The notes under the pieces: generated by a model
Databases searched by the model: none
What the model saw: only the letters and a program-made list of their open reading frames with translations
What the model was told of the DNA's origin: nothing
Shown here: positions 57,463 through 64,000 of the stretch, in pieces
Layout: each line of letters starts with the position of its first letter
Position numbering within the stretch: the first letter of the stretch is position 1
Program-made: the position numbers and the translations under genes
NCBI GenBank assembly: GCA_000998135.1
Contig: LCCV01000011.1
Location: 4,132 to 68,131 of the forward strand
Length of the DNA stretch: 64,000 bases
Direction of reading: 5' to 3'
Source of the DNA: Parcubacteria group bacterium GW2011_GWA2_42_14
GTDB lineage: Bacteria; Patescibacteriota; Minisyncoccia; Sungbacterales; GWA2-42-14

Positions 57463-59857
57463 ATGTACGAATCAACAGCAACATACGAACCGGTTGAGGA
57501 AGTAAAAAGTGAAGGCGAGGGTCGCGGATTGGCTAAAAAAATTGCCAGATGGTTTTTATATTTCCTGATTTTTTTGACTCCTGTTTTCTTTCTTACTTAC
57601 GCGTCCCCGGTTTGGTTTGGCAAGCAGATATTTGTTTATGTTTTGGGAGGGCTTGCTTTTATCGCGTGGCTTGTCGATTTTTTGACTTCCGGAAAAATTT
57701 CTTACAGAAAATCATTTTTGAATGTTGTCATATTTTTGCTGCTTTTGGTTTTTTTACTTTCCACATTTTATTCGCTTAGTTTTTACGAGAGTCTTTGGGG
57801 TTCGGATTCAACCGGCGAAAAGCTCTCATCCTTTATTGTATTTGCCGTTTTATTTTTGCTGGTTGGTTCTGTTTTTAAGGAAGAAGATGGCGTTAAATTA
57901 GGATTGGCGATTTTTGCGGGTTCTATTCTTGTCGGCGTTTTTTCGCTTTTGCAGGTGTTCGGCATACGCCTTTTTTCTGGAGATTTTGCCCAAACCTTTG
58001 ATTTTAATCCCGTAGGCACAATCAATTCACTTGCGGTTTTTTATGGGTTGGTGTTGTCCGTAGGCATCGGGGTTCTTTCTCATTTTAAAGAAATGCCCGA
58101 ATCTCGGCATAAGAAATACTTTTTTTGGGCAGTTTTGCTTTCTTCGGCCGTTCTTTTTTTGAATCTTTTTTTGATTGTCAGTTTTAAACTGGTATGGCTC
58201 GGTTTGTCTTTGGCGATGGTTATTCTTTTGAGTTTGAGTGTCAGAGTTTCGGCTCGGGCAGAGGAACAAAACGCGATTAAAAGATTTGGGGGATTATCTT
58301 TTTATCTGCCGCTGATTCTGCTTGTGGTATCCGCTCTTTTTTATATTTCTAATTTTCAGTTAGAATCCTATACTTGGAACGGGTCCTGCCACATTCATTT
58401 ATGATTACAGTTTATATCGGGATCCCGTTTTAAATTTTGATCGTATATTCTGGGCAGTTAAGTTTTTCCACGGTTCGGCCCTTGGTACAACCCTTCTTTC
58501 TACAACCGGCATTTTGGGATTTGGAGCTTTTTTGTTGTTTGTTCTTTTGGCCGTTGTCGCGGTTTTGAAAAATACTTTATCCAGTCAAAGGGCGGAAGCG
58601 CTCCGTTTTGGTATTGCCTCAGCGGTTGTTTACGGTTCTTTTATGTGGTTTATGTACCCGCCGACTTTTACAACTACGCTTTACATGTTTTTGCTTCTGG
58701 GAATTTTTGCGGCGCTTTCCGTTTATGAATCGTGGGGCATTTTGGGTTTTGGAATGAGGACAATAACAAGTTCTTCGGCTTCTACCATGTTTGTCGGCTC
58801 TCTGATTTCCATTTTCTTGATTGTGGGAAGTGTTGTCGGTATGTATTATTCGTTTCAAAAATATATAGCCGAAAGTTATTATTCCGAAGGAATCAGGATT
58901 TTGAGCCAAACCACGGATACGGATAAACCCTTGGTTGAATTTGCCAACGCGGCTTTTATTGATCCCAAAGACGATAAGTATGCGCGGCTGCAGGGGCAGG
59001 TTTATTATTTCAGATTGAGAAATTTAATCCAGGGCCAGCTGCCCAGTCCAACCAGCCCGACCTTTGTCCAGGATTTCCAGACAAATTTTATATCAGCTTA
59101 TCAGGCCATTCAGCAGGCCCAGCGCTTAAATCCCAATGAGATATCCAATTGGTCGCTTTTAGGACTTATTTGCGAAACCGTAATTCAAGTCAATCCTCTT
59201 ATTTGTTCCGAAAAATTCCTTACGGGCACTTATGAAGACGCGATTAAATATGACCCTATAAGTCCTTCAGCTCATTTAGACGCGGGAAGGGCATGGCTTT
59301 TGACGGCTGATATTTTGGCCTTGCGCGCCGGTCAAAGCCAGGGCAAAGAAGAGGCTGATAGTTTGCAGTCGGAACGCGAGACGGCCATAAATAAAGCCGT
59401 AACGCATCTTGAAAAATCAGCTTCTTTGAAACCCGATTTTGCTTCAAGCCATTTCTTGCTGGCCCAGGCCTATGTAAGGCAAAATAATCTTCAGGGCGCC
59501 ATAAAGAAACTGGAAGATACCAAGGCGGTGACTATTGGTGATGTTGGTGTTTTGTTCCAGTTAGGCCTCCTTTATTATCAGGCCAATCAAATTGATAAAG
59601 CTCAGGCAGAATTTGAACAAGCTGTGCGGTTGAATGATAATTATTCCAACGCTCGTTACTTTTTAGGATTGATTTATGATCAAAAAGGCGATAAGCCGGG
59701 CGCTCTTGAACAATTCAGGAAAATTCAGGCTTTAAATCCGGATAATACCGAAGTCCGGTTGATAATTGCCAATCTGGAAAGCGGAAAGCCGGCTCTGTCA
59801 CAAGTTGTTCCACCGCTTCCCGCTCCGGAAACAAGAAAAGAACCTCCGGTTAAATAA
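57463..59857 (+). pseudogene. O-antigen-ligase-like polytopic membrane protein with C-terminal TPRs, frameshifted at about 58362
   Basis: Second frame opens at 58364 with NPILGTGPATF..DY...FW; TPRs (FQLGLLYY, ARYFLGLIY) downstream. Confidence 0.65.
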
Positions 59858-59981
59858 TAACCAACAATCAACGACCGACAACCCTAAAGGGCCGAGCCCT
59901 CTTATACGACCGAGTCGTCAGACTTTAGGTCGGGCCTTAGGCCAACAATTTGTGTTGCAAGTTGTAAGTTGTAAGTTAAAT
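59858..59981. repeat. Junction hairpin family B with nested CCCTAA...TTAGGGC insert
   Basis: CAAC units left, GTTGTAA units right. Confidence 0.7.
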
Positions 59982-61667
59982 CTGGACTTTATCAAACGCG
60001 AAATAGTATCCATAAACGCCGCGGCCTTTCTTATAGGGGCCGCTGGTTTTTTGTCCCGTATTCTCGGGCTTTTTCGCGACCGGCTTTTAGCGGGTCGCTT
60101 CGGGGCCTCCCGGGAACTGGATATTTATTATGCCGCGTTTCAAATTCCCGATTTTATTTTCAATTTGTTTTTAATCGGTTCGGCCACGGCGGCCATTATT
60201 CCGGTTTTTCTTGAATATTGGGAAAAAGACAAGGAAGAGGCGCGCCGCCTGATTGACGGACTTTTTAATATCTTCTTGATTTTTTCCGCTGTTTTTTGCC
60301 TGCTTACGGCGGTTTTTGCCCCCTTACTTGTTCATTTTCTTGTTCCCGGATTCAGCGCTGAAGAACAGGCGTTGGCGTCTCTTATGACGCGGATAATGCT
60401 GGTTAGCCCTTTTTTTCTTAGTTTGTCCAATATTGTTTCGGGCGTTCTGCAGGCTCATCGCAGGTTTTTTGCCTTTTCGTTAAGCTCCATTTTTTATAAT
60501 CTGGGAATTATTTTTGGAATTATGGTGTTTCTGCCGTTCTTCGGTTTTTTGGGGCTTGCTTACGGCGTTATTTTCGGGGCTTTTTTGCATCTTTTGGCGC
60601 AATTTCCTGCTTTCTACGGCTTGGGTTTTCGTTTTAATCCTTCTTTTCGTATGGCTTTTCATCCGGGCATGAAAAAAATCGCGTTGTTGTCCGGACCGCG
60701 CGTTCTGGCGGTTTCATTCAGTTCTATCGGCGTTCTTATAGTAACTGCCGCCGTTTCAACGCTGTCGCAGGGCAGTATTGCCGTGCTTCAATTGGCCAAT
60801 AACATCAAATTTATTCCGGTGGGAATTTTTGGGGTAAGTTTTGCCGTTGCGGTTTTTCCGCGGCTTTCGCAGGCGTTCGTAAAAAAAGATCCGGAAGATT
60901 TTTACGGCGCGTTTTTTGGGGTTCTTAAGACGCTTATTTTTTGGCTGGCTCCCGTTTCGGTGCTGTTTTACGTTCTTCGGGCGCATATTGTGCGCCTTGC
61001 TTTGGGTACCGGACTTTTTGACTGGAGGGATACCCGTTTAACCGCGTCGGTTTTGGGAATTTTTTCCGTGCTTATAATCATTGAAAGTATTTTGCCGCTT
61101 TTGATTAAGTCGTTTTACGCCTTGAATAAAACGTTCCGTCCTCTGATCATTAATTTTTTATCCAATGCCGTAATCGTAGCGCTTTCGCTGTGGCTGATGG
61201 GGGTTTTTTCGGACGAATCTTCTCCGGTAACGCAGTTTTTTGGAAGAGTGCTTCGTGTAGACGACATTTCCGGTTTGGGCATACTGGGAGTTGCTTTGGC
61301 CGTGGTAATAGGCCAGACCTTGAATTTTTTTATTTTGCTGAAATTTTTTCTTGGAGAAGCAAAAAAATCGTTCGGTTTTTTGCCGGAGAACGGTTTTACC
61401 GGTAATATCCGCCGTATTGTTGTAGCGGCGGCAATTTCCGGGCTTACTGCTTATGCCGTTCGCATTGTGGCCGACTTTTTTATCACCCTTGATACGTTCC
61501 TGGGTGTTTTGGCGCAAGGCGGCAGCGCGGGTATTGCCGGTTTGCTTGTTTATGGTTTGATTTTATATAAATTTGAAAATAAGGAGATTATGGATATTAT
61601 TGAAGTATTCAAGCGCCGTTTGCTAAAACCGCAAGTTTTGCCGCAGGGAATCGAACTTGACAAGTAA
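59982..61667 (+). CDS. murJ: Lipid II flippase MurJ (start uncertain, no ATG)
   Basis: LSRILGLFRDRLLA..FG, YYAAFQIPD, FYNLGII, FP.LS, FYAL..T..P. Confidence 0.92.
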   Translation: MDFIKREIVSINAAAFLIGAAGFLSRILGLFRDRLLAGRFGASRELDIYYAAFQIPDFIFNLFLIGSATAAIIPVFLEYWEKDKEEARRLIDGLFNIFLIFSAVFCLLTAVFAPLLVHFLVPGFSAEEQALASLMTRIMLVSPFFLSLSNIVSGVLQAHRRFFAFSLSSIFYNLGIIFGIMVFLPFFGFLGLAYGVIFGAFLHLLAQFPAFYGLGFRFNPSFRMAFHPGMKKIALLSGPRVLAVSFSSIGVLIVTAAVSTLSQGSIAVLQLANNIKFIPVGIFGVSFAVAVFPRLSQAFVKKDPEDFYGAFFGVLKTLIFWLAPVSVLFYVLRAHIVRLALGTGLFDWRDTRLTASVLGIFSVLIIIESILPLLIKSFYALNKTFRPLIINFLSNAVIVALSLWLMGVFSDESSPVTQFFGRVLRVDDISGLGILGVALAVVIGQTLNFFILLKFFLGEAKKSFGFLPENGFTGNIRRIVVAAAISGLTAYAVRIVADFFITLDTFLGVLAQGGSAGIAGLLVYGLILYKFENKEIMDIIEVFKRRLLKPQVLPQGIELDK

Positions 61668-61685
61668 AAAACTCTTTATTATAAT
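61657..61685 (+). promoter_or_regulatory. Consensus sigma70 promoter
   Basis: TTGACA-17 nt-TATAAT. Confidence 0.75.
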
Positions 61686-61762
61686 AGTGTTAAGATTATG
61701 TCCGGGAAGGAATTTACGCAACAAGAGACAGGAGGATGAGACAATGAAAATTTACGTTAGGT

Positions 61763-62089
61763 GTGTTCTTTGGAATCGGTTTACCCTTACAGGGTATAGG
61801 TCTTATTGTCGGTTTAGTCGGTTTAGGCCTTGATTTTTTCTTTCAGTCAGGACTAAAACCAGATGCGTGGGTTTTATGGTCTTGGTGTTTATCCTCTTGT
61901 TTTATTGGAGCTCTTTTGTTGGGGCATACACTTTTAGGTTTTCAGACCAAGACGGCATATGAAAGAACCCGCGACCACATACGCGCTTTCGGGAGAGTTG
62001 ATGACAGGTTTTATAATTGTTACGACAATTATTGTGATCGCGCTGGAGTTCGCATGGCTAAGGCCGAATTTATGAGAGCGTCTCGTTAG
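61763..62089 (+). CDS. Hypothetical membrane protein
   Basis: Two hydrophobic segments; in-frame ATG at 61736 is cut off by TGA at 61745. Confidence 0.45.
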   Translation: MFFGIGLPLQGIGLIVGLVGLGLDFFFQSGLKPDAWVLWSWCLSSCFIGALLLGHTLLGFQTKTAYERTRDHIRAFGRVDDRFYNCYDNYCDRAGVRMAKAEFMRASR

Positions 62090-62174
62090 ATATTTTTTGG
62101 CCGCAAATCATTGAGAGATTTTGCGGCCCTTTTTATTTTTTGCAGAAACTGTTCCATTTGATACAGTATTATAT

Positions 62175-62344
62175 ATGGGCACTATTAGAAATTTCGTTAT
62201 AATCGCGCACATTGACCCCGTTAGAAGTCCGACACGGCCCCAAAGTTTTCAGCGCAACTCTAAGCGAATGCGGCTTATGCCTTACGCCTACTGCATTAAA
62301 AAGCCTCATTTTCGACTTCTAACGGGGTTGACCACGGAAATTAA
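62175..62344 (+). pseudogene. lepA: Dead duplicate of the lepA 5' end ([14 protein letters not shown]|HG)
   Basis: Interrupted by a MITE with a TTGA duplication. Confidence 0.8.
62216..62327. mobile_element. CCCCGTTAGAAGTC MITE-like element
   Basis: 14-bp IR; TTGA at 62212-15 and 62328-31. Confidence 0.8.
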
Positions 62345-64000
62345 TGAATATTAGAAACTTTGTTATAATTGCCCACATAGATCATGGCAAAAGTACTTTG
62401 GCCGACAGGTTTTTGGAATTGACGGGAACAATTGAGAAGCGGAAAATGCGCGAACAATTTTTGGATACTATGGAGTTGGAAAGAGAAAAAGGCATCACCA
62501 TAAAAATGCAGCCTGTGAGGATGCTGTGGCATCCTCACCGCGGAAAAAACGCGGACTACACGCAGAACAACGCAGAATCCACACTGCTTTACGAAGACCT
62601 GACATATAAAATTCGAGGGGTGTTGTTTCAGGTGAGAAAAAAAATCGGACTTGGACACAAAGAACAGGTATACCATAATGCTCTTGAAATAGAATTTAAA
62701 AATGCCGGACTCTTATATGAAAGCAAGAAAAATATTCCTATTTTGTACGAAGGACGAAATATTGGTACATACCAGCCGGATTTCGTAGTTGAAAATAAAG
62801 TGCTTATAGAATTAAAAGCATTGCCAGAAATTGGCAGGCCTCAAGTTGAACAGACGTGGTCATATCCTAAGGGCTGTGAATATAAAGTTGCCTTGTTGGT
62901 TAATTACGGTTCTACTGACTTGGAAATAAAGCGTATTGTTTATGATACGGCACGTAACGTTTCAGCGTTGTCTGCGTTAAGTCAGCATATTTCTGCGGGC
63001 GTGTCTGATCAAATTGAGAATGATGAATATATTCTCAATTTGATCGACACGCCAGGACATGTAGATTTCACTTACGAAGTTTCTCGCGCACTTGCCTGCG
63101 TTGAGGGAGCGATTTTGCTGGTTGACGCGACCCAGGGAGTGCAGGCGCAGACTATTGCCAATTTGCATTTGGCGAAACAGGCCGGACTCGCAATAATCCC
63201 GGCCATCAATAAAATTGACCTTGCCGGTGCCCGTATTAAAGAAACCGAGGATGAATTGGTTAATCTTTTGGGCGTTAAGCTTGAGGATATTTTTAAGGTT
63301 TCCGGCAAAACCGGAGAAGGTGTTGAAAAATTGTTGCAGGCCGTTATTGAATTAATTCCGCCGCCCCATGGCGCGGACAATCGCGGACAAAATGCAGACA
63401 ATGGCGGATATTTTCCGCGACTGTCCGCGCTTGCCCCGTTAGATAGCGCTCGCGGCGCATCTAACGGGGTGAATCTGCGTGAGTCCGCGAATGCGCCGCG
63501 CGCATTAATTTTTGATTCCCATTTTGATAATTTCCGCGGTGTAATCGCGCATGTGCGGGTTTTTGACGGAGAGTTTAAAAAACAGGATAAAATTTTAATG
63601 GCGGTGGCCAAAAGCAAGGCCGACATAATGGAGTTGGGTTTTTTTATGCCCGAGCTTTTACCACAGGAAAAATTAAGTACGGGAGAGATAGGATATATTG
63701 CTACCGGAATCAAGGAGCCGGAAGGGGTTCGTATAGGGGACACGGTTATATTGGCGCGTGACGCGGAAAATAAAGTAGAAATATTTTTTGGGTACCGCCA
63801 GCCGAAGCCCATGGTTTTTGCGAGCGTATATCCGGAGGATGCCGATGATTATGAAAAATTGCGCGATTCTTTGAAAAAAATTAAATTAAACGACGCCTCT
63901 TTGTTTTTTGAGCCGGAAGCATCCGACGCTTTGGGTAGGGGTTTTCGCGCCGGATTCCTCGGTATGCTTCATATGGAAATAATAGGGGAGAGATTAAAAC
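62344..64000 (+). CDS. lepA: Elongation factor 4 (LepA), runs off the window; carries two in-frame insertions
   Basis: [63 protein letters not shown]; missing from the ORF track because no stop lies in the window. Confidence 0.95.
   Translation, partial: MNIRNFVIIAHIDHGKSTLADRFLELTGTIEKRKMREQFLDTMELEREKGITIKMQPVRMLWHPHRGKNADYTQNNAESTLLYEDLTYKIRGVLFQVRKKIGLGHKEQVYHNALEIEFKNAGLLYESKKNIPILYEGRNIGTYQPDFVVENKVLIELKALPEIGRPQVEQTWSYPKGCEYKVALLVNYGSTDLEIKRIVYDTARNVSALSALSQHISAGVSDQIENDEYILNLIDTPGHVDFTYEVSRALACVEGAILLVDATQGVQAQTIANLHLAKQAGLAIIPAINKIDLAGARIKETEDELVNLLGVKLEDIFKVSGKTGEGVEKLLQAVIELIPPPHGADNRGQNADNGGYFPRLSALAPLDSARGASNGVNLRESANAPRALIFDSHFDNFRGVIAHVRVFDGEFKKQDKILMAVAKSKADIMELGFFMPELLPQEKLSTGEIGYIATGIKEPEGVRIGDTVILARDAENKVEIFFGYRQPKPMVFASVYPEDADDYEKLRDSLKKIKLNDASLFFEPEASDALGRGFRAGFLGMLHMEIIGERLK
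62538..62998 (+). mobile_element. GxxExxY PD-(D/E)xK nuclease element with inverted repeat arms, in frame in lepA
   Basis: [26 protein letters not shown]; arms at 62538-62577 and 62961-62998. Confidence 0.85.

Noticed and set aside
9797-59981. Long N-terminal extensions in the ORF track for rpmB, rpsG, rpsS, rpsC, rplX, rplO and murJ
   Set aside because: They are read-through of repeat DNA upstream of the homologous start, so starts were reassigned. Possible short MSHVT extensions are treated as a finding.
62538-63000. Intein in LepA
   Set aside because: No N-terminal Cys/Ser block, no TxxH, no His-Asn followed by Cys/Ser/Thr, and no LAGLIDADG motifs. The insert is a GxxExxY domain with nucleic-acid inverted arms.

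Overview
This is a 64-kb chromosomal window of a Candidate Phyla Radiation bacterium, probably Parcubacteria-like. That assignment is inferred from the lack of rpmD between rpsE and rplO, mostly SD-less starts and genetic code 11. It carries the str/S10/spc ribosomal superoperon (rpsL to secY-adk-adk-map), tpiA, pgk, recJ, murJ, lepA, pepA, an orphan PafA-like Pup ligase, a MoxR/vWA module with a likely -1 frameshift, a type IIG R-M gene with a HipA-like pair, several toxin-antitoxin modules, tRNA-Pro(GGG) and an oversized RNase P RNA. The dominant unexplained structure is a set of small palindromic elements built from short tandem units. They fill 20 of 22 gene junctions from rplD to map almost exactly from stop codon to start codon, and are often followed by GTG/TTG starts. 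They also nest inside each other, insert in frame in conserved enzymes and sit in RNase P helices. Two copies enclose nuclease genes: a GIY-YIG gene after rplC, and a GxxExxY PD-(D/E)xK domain fused in frame inside the LepA G-domain. All product calls come from motif recognition by eye. No searches or folding computations were run.
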